DNA of 64,000 nucleotides from Escherichia coli (lineage in GTDB: Bacteria; Pseudomonadota; Gammaproteobacteria; Enterobacterales; Enterobacteriaceae), in assembly GCF_041248615.1 (NCBI RefSeq), contig NZ_CP158426.1. One strand, written 5' to 3'. Both the position numbers and the translations under genes were made by a program. Below are positions 1 through 9,037 of the stretch, piece after piece. Below the pieces are notes generated by a model that was not told the DNA's origin, made no database searches, and saw only the letters and a program-made list of their open reading frames with translations. Numbering within the stretch: the first letter of the stretch is position 1; the number at the start of each line of letters is the position of its first letter.

Positions 1-77
1 GCATGGCTATGGATTGATAAATGATATCAAAACGTATCAGCTAGTTTCCACGGTTAGAGAAGATGGCTATTATACTT

Positions 78-107
78 CAGAAACGGAACAACAGCGTTCC
101 GTTTCTG
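78..107. repeat. Perfect 12-bp inverted repeat with 6-nt loop (CAGAAACGGAAC-N6-GTTCCGTTTCTG)
   Basis: Read directly from sequence; lies upstream of the first operon; no clear T-run so not a classical terminator. Confidence 0.5.
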
Positions 108-389
108 ACGGACTGATTCTTCCGTAAATTCAGGTGTAAATCGTGGTGTGCCCATACGCTCCTCCTATGCTCAAACTATAGGGCAGGATCGTCTACCGGG
201 GTGGGGTCAGTCCACCAATGACTGAGAGGTGTCTGTTAAACCCGTGGCGATTCAGACATTACTCTTCCTATGTACACTGGAGTAGATTGAATAATCATAT
301 AATAATCAATCGGTTGAAATCATTTAGGGCTTTTGTATTAATAGTATTGAGATGGTTTGGTCATGGTTCCAGTTCATAAGGAAATAGTT

Positions 390-1442
390 ATGGGAATTAG
401 TGTTCGAGTCTTGCAAGCAAATCATGGTGATTGTTTCTTAGTTAGTTATAAGAGCTCAGATAGTGTTTACAACTTGCTAATTGATGGTGGTAATAGCGCC
501 ACATTTATGTTTGGGGCTCAAGGGCGCTACAGTGGTGAGCTTAAATGTGTACTCGATGATTTGAAAAAAGAAGGTCAGAAAATTGACTTGGTTATCTTAA
601 CCCATATAGATGATGATCATATCGGTGGTTTGCTTAGGGCTTTTGAAACACCAGGTTATCTATGCCAAATGGCTTCTTCTATCTGGTTTAATTCTTCAAG
701 ATTTATCACCAAACATTTTAAGGTTGATGAAATTTCAGACAATGATGTCTGTCTTCAAAGTAACTCAACGCAGACAAGTGCTAGGCAAGGGAAGAAACTG
801 GAAAACTTACTTGATGAAATCAATTGCGAACGGCAACCCATAGTTATTGCGGGGCAGAAGTTTACAAGGGGTCCGTTCACATTCACGATCTTATCCCCTG
901 AAGAAGATAATCTACGTAGCCTTCTTCATAAGTGGCCAGATGAGCCAGATCCGGTTACGACATCCGGTGCTTCAAGGGATTATGGAATGAAATTTGAGGA
1001 TATTTTGTCTAATGATAAATTCCAGAGTGATCAATCTGTTTATAATGGTAGCTCAATTGCTTTCATCCTTGAAGCTGATGGTAAGGCTATGCTCTTTTTG
1101 GGCGATTCACATGATGAAAATATTGTCCGTAATTTACGATCTCTTGGTTTTAATGAAGGTAACAAGCTCAAACTCGACCTCGTGAAAATTTCTCATCATG
1201 GTAGCCAGTATAATACTAGCCCTGAATTTTTGTCGCTCATAGATGCGCAAAACTTCATTATATCCACTAATGGGAGTAAGCACGGACTTCCTGATAAGAG
1301 AACTATTGCACGGATTTTATCTTCAGGAGAAGGCAAAATCGGCTTCAATTATTCGCACATTATCCAGGAGATGCTTCACGAAAATGAGGTTCCATTGTAC
1401 TCTTCTCGCCTGGTAGCATTAAATGGAGAAATTAGGCTATAA
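390..1442 (+). CDS. Metallo-beta-lactamase-fold hydrolase (ComEC/Rec2-like MBL family)
   Basis: ORF track 357..1442; ATG at 390 preceded by AGGAAA; motifs LVILTHIDDDHIGG (variant of HxHxDH) and KISHHGSQYNTS typical of MBL-fold enzymes; AT-rich. Confidence 0.7.
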   Translation: MGISVRVLQANHGDCFLVSYKSSDSVYNLLIDGGNSATFMFGAQGRYSGELKCVLDDLKKEGQKIDLVILTHIDDDHIGGLLRAFETPGYLCQMASSIWFNSSRFITKHFKVDEISDNDVCLQSNSTQTSARQGKKLENLLDEINCERQPIVIAGQKFTRGPFTFTILSPEEDNLRSLLHKWPDEPDPVTTSGASRDYGMKFEDILSNDKFQSDQSVYNGSSIAFILEADGKAMLFLGDSHDENIVRNLRSLGFNEGNKLKLDLVKISHHGSQYNTSPEFLSLIDAQNFIISTNGSKHGLPDKRTIARILSSGEGKIGFNYSHIIQEMLHENEVPLYSSRLVALNGEIRL

Positions 1443-1443
1443 A

Positions 1444-2727
1444 ATGACCGCTTCAAATTTGATGGCTTCTAACGCAGTGATCGTGAACGAGGGCAGTGGT
1501 GTTCTTGTTAATGCGATGACTCAAGATTATTCATACGTACTCACAGCAAAACATGTGTTAGCGAAATCAGGTAGTCAAAATATCGTTACTAATCAATATG
1601 GTAACAGTCTTAGAGTGCTTGATGTATTGGTGGGTCAGGAAGAGCATTGCGACTGTGCTGTAATCAAAATTGAATATGTACCAACTGTTGCTCAGCAGTC
1701 CTTCCCTGCAATAGCATTACCCAATTCGGCTTTGCTAAAGTTTGTTGGTTTTCCGGGAACCGAGAGACTAAGCGCTACCCCGCTGAAAATCTATGATGGG
1801 CATGTAACAGATGTAAGGGAGGGGCTGATTAGCTTCACGATAGAAGGCAGTCCCTCAAAAACCGCAATCGATGGAATGTCTGGCGGTGGAATGTATTACA
1901 TAGTTAATGAACATCCCCTCCTTGTTGGTGTAGAATTTGGGATGGACAGTATTCGTCAAGATCTACAATATGGACGTATACAATGTAAAAGTTTAATTGT
2001 TTTTGAAGAGATAATTAATTTAAACAGTGCTGCTCCAATGGTTCCCGCTTATTTGGAGTGTTTTTCACGCTTAAAAGAATATATCTTCGATTTTAATGTT
2101 GTTGATAAAAATAGAGTTCTGAATCTGAAAAACGCATTAAATATTTTTGCAGATGAACTTATAGACAAAGGTATGCCACCACCATTTGAATTAATGTCCA
2201 AATACAAAACTGATTTGTTAGTAGGTCCATATCAAGTTGACGATGTTAAAAATAAAGAATTATGGGTTGCATATTTTGAATTTCTGATAATTTGCGCAAT
2301 TCTTGATAATGTAAGTATTGCCAATAGTTCTTATATAGAAAGTTTAGAGCGGCGTAGGAGAATTCTTTATACTCCGGATGGAAGTAATTGGGTCGGAAAG
2401 CTTGATGTAATCTTAAAAGTTGCTCGAAAGTTATTAGATAAAGATGGCATAGTAATTGTGGCATCTCCAGAAAATGGAGCCGAATTATTACCGGATGATT
2501 TTGAAGTCGATAGGGTTATAAGGAATATTGCGCGAATCGCTAATTCAGGTCCACTTGCTCCTATCGATCAAGTTGAAAAAGAGATGTATAAGAGTTTTGT
2601 ATTAACGCATCTTGAAGGGCTGAGAAAAAAATGTGTTATAAACAAAGAGAGAATGTATGCAGAAGTTGAAGCTGGCTTAGACCAACTTCAGACGTTTAAG
2701 GAAAGCTTTAATGAATTTATTAAATAA
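1444..2727 (+). CDS. Trypsin-like serine peptidase with uncharacterised C-terminal domain
   Basis: ORF track 1423..2727; ATG at 1444 directly after upstream stop (TAA 1440-1442); candidate triad His (LTAKHV), Asp (CDCAVIKI), Ser (GMSGGGMYY); about 240 aa C-terminal extension of unknown fold. Confidence 0.7.
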   Translation: MTASNLMASNAVIVNEGSGVLVNAMTQDYSYVLTAKHVLAKSGSQNIVTNQYGNSLRVLDVLVGQEEHCDCAVIKIEYVPTVAQQSFPAIALPNSALLKFVGFPGTERLSATPLKIYDGHVTDVREGLISFTIEGSPSKTAIDGMSGGGMYYIVNEHPLLVGVEFGMDSIRQDLQYGRIQCKSLIVFEEIINLNSAAPMVPAYLECFSRLKEYIFDFNVVDKNRVLNLKNALNIFADELIDKGMPPPFELMSKYKTDLLVGPYQVDDVKNKELWVAYFEFLIICAILDNVSIANSSYIESLERRRRILYTPDGSNWVGKLDVILKVARKLLDKDGIVIVASPENGAELLPDDFEVDRVIRNIARIANSGPLAPIDQVEKEMYKSFVLTHLEGLRKKCVINKERMYAEVEAGLDQLQTFKESFNEFIK

Positions 2728-3262
2728 AGAATTTGATTTGGAATTTCTTAAATCTAGATTTTCTGATGCAGATTTCTATTTTTTTGTTTCTAATGATGAC
2801 TCATCTTATATTTCATGCGTAGCATGCTATTGTGAGAGCGCTAATTACGTGGTTGCGAATTGGACAGCGATTCAGAATTATTTATCTGCTTACTACCAAC
2901 CGAAGGATGAATTAGCTCTTTGGAATATATATTTAGTTTTCTTTTGTTCCGAAAAATTACCGATTTGGGATAAGTACCTTATAGATAATGATAAGTATTC
3001 TGTCAGAAAATTAATTATTGACGGGTTAACTACTCTGCCAAGTATTTCCGAAACTGTAACTTTTCTGAACAATCATCTGCTAGGCGCAGACCTAGAATTA
3101 ACTGAAATAGAGGAGAAGAAGGAGATAGAGTTATCATTAATTGAGTATATAAGTGGAACTCCTTTAGATTCAAAGGTTGAGTCGAGAGATGAGCGTATGA
3201 GCAGAATTGATAAAATTATTAATCTAGTGAGTTCAAATAAAAATGAAAATAAAAAAAGTTGA
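2711..3262 (+). CDS. Hypothetical protein, 183 aa, middle gene of candidate operon
   Basis: ORF overlaps upstream gene by 17 nt and downstream gene by 20 nt (translational coupling); no recognisable motif. Confidence 0.5.
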   Translation: MNLLNKEFDLEFLKSRFSDADFYFFVSNDDSSYISCVACYCESANYVVANWTAIQNYLSAYYQPKDELALWNIYLVFFCSEKLPIWDKYLIDNDKYSVRKLIIDGLTTLPSISETVTFLNNHLLGADLELTEIEEKKEIELSLIEYISGTPLDSKVESRDERMSRIDKIINLVSSNKNENKKS

Positions 3263-6200
3263 AATAGAAGGCTTTCGAGCATACAGATTCAAGGAAGATG
3301 GTACTTTCGATTTTACAAATAAAGATGATACGCCATCCAATTTTGTAGCGATCTATGCACCCAATGGCTTTGGAAAAAGTTCATTCTATGATGCGGTTGA
3401 ATGGGCTATTACTCATAATTTAGATAGATTTGCGGGTGAATATAATAAAAAAAATTATGAGCAAGCTGCCAGGAGCACGAAAGAGGACGGTGTTGCACAA
3501 AAAATACTACGTAATAAAGATGTACCAGACAATATTCCTACTCGTGTAACAGTTTTCACTACTTTACCAACTCCATTCGAACAAAGTTTAGGAACAGTTC
3601 GTTCTGATTCTAGAGATATAAGAATCGGCGAGAATAAAAATAAAATCAATGGCTATTTTAGAAAAGTGGTTCTTAGTCAAGATGAAATAGACCGTTTTTT
3701 AAAAGAAGCAAAGCCGCAAGATCGTTATAAGATGTTTATGGAGAGTTTTGGAGGTGAATGGGAAAAGGCGAGACAAGAGCTAACTATACTATTGAATGAC
3801 AATAAGGCGGTTTTGTTAAATCTCGAAAAAAACAAAAATGAACTTCAGGAACAACTAGATCAGCCTGTTGATGCGTCAACATTCATACAATTTAATAAAA
3901 TAGCATCTGAACTTGTAGCAGAAGGTGAAAGTTTACCATTAGTAGATGAAACAACTATAGTTAATACACAGCATGAGCTTTTGGAAAAAATAATCACAAG
4001 AAGTCACGAAATAAATTTTTCCTTAAACAAGAAAAAAATATTGAGAGATTCGATTTCTGAGTATATTTTAAAATTTCCTGATATCAGTTTTCGTACAACC
4101 CAGATTATCGAGAAAAAGAATAGACTAGAAAAAATAAATAAAGGGATAGAAGATGTCGGTCGTTATAAGACATTTCAGTCTACTCTTGAAAAACTGACTA
4201 TCGAAAAGAAAAAGATAAGTCAGAGCTTAAATTTTATAGAAGAATTAGATGGTTTATCCCAAGAGTTTTTAAGCTTGGAATTTAACTTGGAATCAGCTCG
4301 AAAGAAACATAGAGAGATTTCATATAATTATGAAAATGAAAAAACTCTCCTTGATAATTTATTCCAAACAAGAAACCAAAATGATGCTGATTTATCTTCA
4401 ATTGACAAGCGATGCTTATCTATACGTTCTACGTTAGAAAACGCTACGGTTACTTATTCTAATATATCTAATATACAAAATAAAATTTTAAATATAGTTT
4501 CTACGCAAACAGAATTAGAGCACAAACTTAATCAAGTTAGATCCGAATACCAAAAAAACAAATCCGAATTAAACAAAGTATCAGATTTAACAATAACCGC
4601 CAAATCATTACTTTCATCAGACTTAAGTCTAATTGATTTATCTTCAGATTTATTAAAAGAACTAAACAACTTATCGCAAGAACTAAATATATTGGTCCTA
4701 CATGATCAATCAATTCATAACACACAAGAATCTCTTTCTGCACAAATGGGAGTTCACGAACGTCTAATTGCATCGGGCCTTGAGTACTTAAGTTTATGGC
4801 CGACTAATATATGTCCTTTATGTCACAAGCCGCATGACTCTGAGTCCTCTCTTAGAGAACAAGTAACAAATACTGACGTAATATCCATGCTTAGTAAAGA
4901 GAATGCAGCTAAGCTCGAGATATCCTCAAAACGGCGGTCAGAGTTAAATGGCAAGATAGAATCCATCGTACAGAAAGCCCTTGAAATTAAAATGAGTAAA
5001 CTTGAGGTATTAAGTAAAAAGGTCAATCAACAAGGAAATGAGATACATCGAGAAGAACAGCACTATACAGCTCTTTTAGCAGAAAAACAGTCTGTCCAAA
5101 ATCAGTTAAACGAGTTGCAGAAGGCTGTAGCTGGACTAACTAAAGATGAATTATTAGCTCGCTTAGATGCTGAACTTAAAGAATTAGAGGCCAAGAAAAA
5201 TGAAGTGATAAAAAACAAGCTGACCTTGACGAAAAATATTAACGTTAAAAGAACGTTGATTACAGAGTTAAGTGGGGCGATCAATTTACTTAATACGCAA
5301 ATTCATGAAATGATGTCATCATCTAACTATTTAAAAACAAAAGCTTACTCTGAAGAAAATGGCTTGTCATCGGAGTTTTTGAAAGAACATTATGATGATA
5401 AACGCCATTTTTACCTTAAAAATATAAATGGACTCAATTTTGAGATTAATAATATTACCAGCCAATTAAATGATCTTCAGAAAGCTATGATAGCCGATGA
5501 AATGTGGCTGGATTATGAAGAAATGATTTCTGAAAAAGAGAATTTCGAGGATTATATTTCTAAATCAGAAGCGGTTTTACAATCTTATTCATCATTATTA
5601 AAGCAGCATTTTGAACTACCAAAATATGAATCTTTAGTTGAATTGAAAGATTTCCTGATAAGCTCACTTGATAAAGAAACTAGGCTTTATAATGGTCTAG
5701 AGGAACGGCTTGGAAAATATAATTTATTATCAGAACTTTTGAAAACAGCAGAGTCGTTTGTAAAAAGTATTAAGTTGCAGAATGATATTAATGAAACCTT
5801 AGGTCTTATAGAAATAAGAAAAGAAGTTGATTTAGCTCTGACTAAGGAACGAAATCAAGTAATAGAGGAACTTAGAAACTTGATAAAATCTTTCTTTTAT
5901 GAGGAACTCATTAATTCTATTTATAAGAGAATAGATCCACATCCATCACTTAAGAAAGTGGTGTTTCGCCCAGATTTTGACTCATCAGATAAACCTGGTC
6001 TTAATATAGTTGTCAGTGATGAAAAAGGTGATATGGTATCTCCAATATTATTCTTTAGTGCAGCGCAATTAAATATTCTAAGCCTTAGTGTCTTTTTAGC
6101 AAGTGCTTTGCATGCAAAAGATGATAATGGAAATGTAATTGATGTGATTATGATTGATGATCCAATTCAATCAATGGATTCAATTAATATCCTATCCACA

Positions 6201-6380
6201 ATTGATCTTCTTAGAAGTATTACCGTTAGATTCAACAAACAAATAATAATATCAACACATGACGACAATTTCTTTGGCTTGCTCCAACGTAAAATCCCTT
6301 CGGAAATATTGGGTGCCAAGTTTCTTAAATTGGAGAAATTTGGGGTTGTAGTGCCTGTTGATGATTTAAATAATACATGA
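3243..6380 (+). CDS. SMC/Rad50/RecF-like ABC ATPase with long coiled coil and central CxxC motif
   Basis: N-terminal Walker A YAPNGFGKSSFYDAVEWAI; long K/E/L/Q-rich coiled-coil middle; CPLCHKP near centre; C-terminal signature-like FSAAQLNILSLS, Walker B VIMIDDP, His-switch ISTHD. Confidence 0.8.
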   Translation: MKIKKVEIEGFRAYRFKEDGTFDFTNKDDTPSNFVAIYAPNGFGKSSFYDAVEWAITHNLDRFAGEYNKKNYEQAARSTKEDGVAQKILRNKDVPDNIPTRVTVFTTLPTPFEQSLGTVRSDSRDIRIGENKNKINGYFRKVVLSQDEIDRFLKEAKPQDRYKMFMESFGGEWEKARQELTILLNDNKAVLLNLEKNKNELQEQLDQPVDASTFIQFNKIASELVAEGESLPLVDETTIVNTQHELLEKIITRSHEINFSLNKKKILRDSISEYILKFPDISFRTTQIIEKKNRLEKINKGIEDVGRYKTFQSTLEKLTIEKKKISQSLNFIEELDGLSQEFLSLEFNLESARKKHREISYNYENEKTLLDNLFQTRNQNDADLSSIDKRCLSIRSTLENATVTYSNISNIQNKILNIVSTQTELEHKLNQVRSEYQKNKSELNKVSDLTITAKSLLSSDLSLIDLSSDLLKELNNLSQELNILVLHDQSIHNTQESLSAQMGVHERLIASGLEYLSLWPTNICPLCHKPHDSESSLREQVTNTDVISMLSKENAAKLEISSKRRSELNGKIESIVQKALEIKMSKLEVLSKKVNQQGNEIHREEQHYTALLAEKQSVQNQLNELQKAVAGLTKDELLARLDAELKELEAKKNEVIKNKLTLTKNINVKRTLITELSGAINLLNTQIHEMMSSSNYLKTKAYSEENGLSSEFLKEHYDDKRHFYLKNINGLNFEINNITSQLNDLQKAMIADEMWLDYEEMISEKENFEDYISKSEAVLQSYSSLLKQHFELPKYESLVELKDFLISSLDKETRLYNGLEERLGKYNLLSELLKTAESFVKSIKLQNDINETLGLIEIRKEVDLALTKERNQVIEELRNLIKSFFYEELINSIYKRIDPHPSLKKVVFRPDFDSSDKPGLNIVVSDEKGDMVSPILFFSAAQLNILSLSVFLASALHAKDDNGNVIDVIMIDDPIQSMDSINILSTIDLLRSITVRFNKQIIISTHDDNFFGLLQRKIPSEILGAKFLKLEKFGVVVPVDDLNNT

Positions 6381-6406
6381 TTTATTTAGTGTGTTAACCA
6401 TAAAAT

Positions 6407-6440
6407 AAGAACTGGGCCAGTGACGACCCAGTTCTTATTT
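6407..6440 (+). terminator. Hairpin terminator after ATPase gene
   Basis: AAGAACTGGG-N10-CCCAGTTCTT followed by ATTT, 27 nt after stop at 6380. Confidence 0.5.
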
Positions 6441-7696
6441 ATAGGGGAACCTATTTTTATCGCAATAAATTAAGAGCGAAGATATGGTGAAAATTGTTAA
6501 AATATGAATTTTTTTAATTTTTTATCTAAAGCCCCTGTTTTCATTATCGTATAAATCAATCTGGACGATTTGTTCTTCAGGTGCAAGGGTATCCGCAAAC
6601 TAGCGCAGGCTATCACCGCCTATAAGCTCCAGAATATGATCAAGTCCATGCCCTCCTGACAACCCAATCGCCTGTAATGACCATTCAGGAATGATTTGCT
6701 CTTTTGATGACTCAACCACAAATGTATCGAGCTCAGTCTTTGCTTAGAGCAGAATTTGAGCCCAAGACTTCCACTCGTATCATCGTAGGTCAGCGTTTCT
6801 CAGAAAATAACCCATGTAACCACGGCATCCGTCTCCGAATGTTATCCTAGAAACAATATTGAGGGGGGAATGTAGAATCATAACCTCTGAATTAACGTAG
6901 ATTAAATCATTCGATCTAAATCAGAGCATTCATAGTGATGGTACACTCAGCACCAGACAAAGATCTCTAGGGGTTTGTTCTAATAAACATGGCCCTCATT
7001 CCTTCTGGTGAAATTCGGAATCTGATTGCGTAGGATAATTACATCCAGGAATCGGGCTAGCATTACAGCCCCCTAAGGGTGTTGTTTGCAACGGTTCATG
7101 TTTGTCTGAGTAACTATATTCCTGAATGTGTTGCTCCGAATTTACGGATTGCCTTGCAGAAAAGGGCTGTTCTGGCGTTGTGCTTTGAAAGGCGTACACC
7201 TGAGGAGCACAGAGCCACAGGAAGGGCAGTAGGGTGCAGCGGGCGAGTACATTCATATATTCTCCAGACAGAATTCATACCAATTATATGATATGCCAGA
7301 TTGACTCAATAAAGCGTTAACGAAGAACGAAAATATAAGACCAGGTATAGAACTCGACATGCCGATAGTCGCCGGGAAATATCGTGGCCAGATTTTTTGT
7401 TAATGCTCATAGTCAGGCAACAAGGGTCGCTGCAGTAATGACTTCTGAACCTTATAACAAATTTCGGCACGACACTTTTATCATCTTTTTCATAATAAAA
7501 CCTCCGTTTTTGTTTTAATCGTCCTCCGGATGTTTCGGACATTGGATGCCCGTAACATCCGGAGGCTGCGGGTGCGGGCGGCAAAGAGCCCGTGAAGATG
7601 CCCGGAATGAATGGCAAACCCCCTCAGGAATGAAGAAAATACGCAATCAATGCTGGGGTGCTTTGTTGATCACTTTTACTGAAGTACTTTTCTATC

Positions 7697-8416
7697 TCAG
7701 AAGTAGGTTGTCCAGAAAGAGGAAACTGGCATCGCCAGTACCAATGCAGGAAGCATACTGGCTACCGGGAAGACCTTGATACCGGAAATACGCAGGCCGG
7801 TCGCCACCATTAGAACGCCACCCACAGCTGAAAAGTCGGCCTGCATGGCAGGCGTGGTCAGGGGCAATATATATATCGCGCTGTAGGCGAGTGCTAACTG
7901 AATGATAAGCTGGGGGAAAGCGACTAATGCCACGGCGTAACCCAGGGTTGTGGCAAAAATGAGGGCGGTCAGCAAATCCAGGAACGCTTTCGCGATAAGG
8001 ATACTCGAGTCCCCGGTCATGCCTTCGTGCATCGCACCAAAAATACCGGTGCCACTGGCACAAAAAAGGACGATGATCGCCACATAGTTTTGTAAAAACT
8101 GCGCCTGTGAGTCTTTGTCTCCGGGATCGCTTTTCACGACGAGCTCCACCAACCCACGGGCTTGTCCGCCCAGGTGGCTTATCCCTTTTTCCAGATAGCA
8201 GAGCTCGCCCACCAGTGTGCCGAGAAGGACCGATAGAACCATGACGGGCATATGGCTGACACTTGTCACAAGGACGATCCCCATACACAGGGAGGCAGCA
8301 CCAAAAATGAGCGGCATTGAGGTACGTAACCTTTCAGGTAGACGTGAGCTAATGATGGCTCCTGCCATCCCGCCGATCACGACGGCAGAGCCGTTGAACC
8401 ATGGGCCTGTAATCAT
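7697..8416 (-). CDS. DUF554 family inner-membrane protein (YqgA-like)
   Basis: Hydrophobic 239-aa ORF; recalled similarity to E. coli YqgA including NYVAIIVLFCASGTGIFG and ILPLTTP; overlaps UbiX-like stop by 4 nt. Confidence 0.7.
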   Translation of the reverse strand: MITGPWFNGSAVVIGGMAGAIISSRLPERLRTSMPLIFGAASLCMGIVLVTSVSHMPVMVLSVLLGTLVGELCYLEKGISHLGGQARGLVELVVKSDPGDKDSQAQFLQNYVAIIVLFCASGTGIFGAMHEGMTGDSSILIAKAFLDLLTALIFATTLGYAVALVAFPQLIIQLALAYSAIYILPLTTPAMQADFSAVGGVLMVATGLRISGIKVFPVASMLPALVLAMPVSSFWTTYF

Positions 8417-9027
8417 AGCGATTTACTCCTGTTATTCAGGTTGGGAGTTTCACCCCAGCGCGGCAATGTGTCGCAATCAAGGTCGAGTAAACTCAGCGCC
8501 CGCGCAACACTATGAGCGAAGATGTTCTCAGTACTTGCAGGGCGTGCATACCAGGCAGGTACGGGTGGAAAAATGATGCCGCCGGTTTCGGTAACCTGAA
8601 GCATGTTACGAAGGTGCCCGGTATGCAGCGGCGTTTCCCGTACCATCAGAACCAGCCTCCGGCGCTCTTTCAGGGTCACATCGGCTGCCCGCACCAGCAA
8701 ACTGTTGGTTAAGCCCGCCGCAACAGCGGCGAGGGTGTTCATAGAGCAGGGGACAATCAACATCCCGGATGCCCTGAACGAACCGCTGGCGATGTCGGCT
8801 GCAATATCATCAAAGGGATAAATTACATCAGCCAGCTTATGAACGTCGTCTTCTGACAAAGTGGTTTCCAGACTGCGGGTCAGATGAGCGGCAGGAGAAA
8901 TCACAACGTGACTTTCCACGTTAAGTTGTCGCAGATAACGCAGGGCCTGCACTCCATATAAAAAACCGGATGCACCACTGATCCCAATGATGACGCGCTT
9001 GCGAGGAGAACATTCAGATGTCGACAT
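8413..9027 (-). CDS. UbiX/Pad1-family flavin prenyltransferase
   Basis: N-terminal VIIGISGASGFLYG motif typical of UbiX; 204 aa; directly downstream of UbiD-like gene. Confidence 0.85.
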   Translation of the reverse strand: MSTSECSPRKRVIIGISGASGFLYGVQALRYLRQLNVESHVVISPAAHLTRSLETTLSEDDVHKLADVIYPFDDIAADIASGSFRASGMLIVPCSMNTLAAVAAGLTNSLLVRAADVTLKERRRLVLMVRETPLHTGHLRNMLQVTETGGIIFPPVPAWYARPASTENIFAHSVARALSLLDLDCDTLPRWGETPNLNNRSKSL

Positions 9028-9037
9028 TATGGCGTCC

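Noticed and set aside
3243-6380. Interpretation of the 1045-aa ATPase plus MBL protein as an SbcCD (Mre11-Rad50) repair pair
   Set aside because: Walker A is RecF/SMC-type rather than SbcC-type, there is no calcineurin-like phosphoesterase partner, and the operon includes a peptidase and sits in AT-rich mobile DNA; a defense role fits better, though it is unproven.
7692-8288. 198-aa minus-strand ORF (and several others between 8200 and 10500) overlapping the YqgA-like, UbiX-like and UbiD-like genes
   Set aside because: Alternative-frame or antisense shadows of well-supported genes; translations are Arg/Gly/Pro-rich low-complexity, typical of out-of-frame reading of GC-richer coding DNA.
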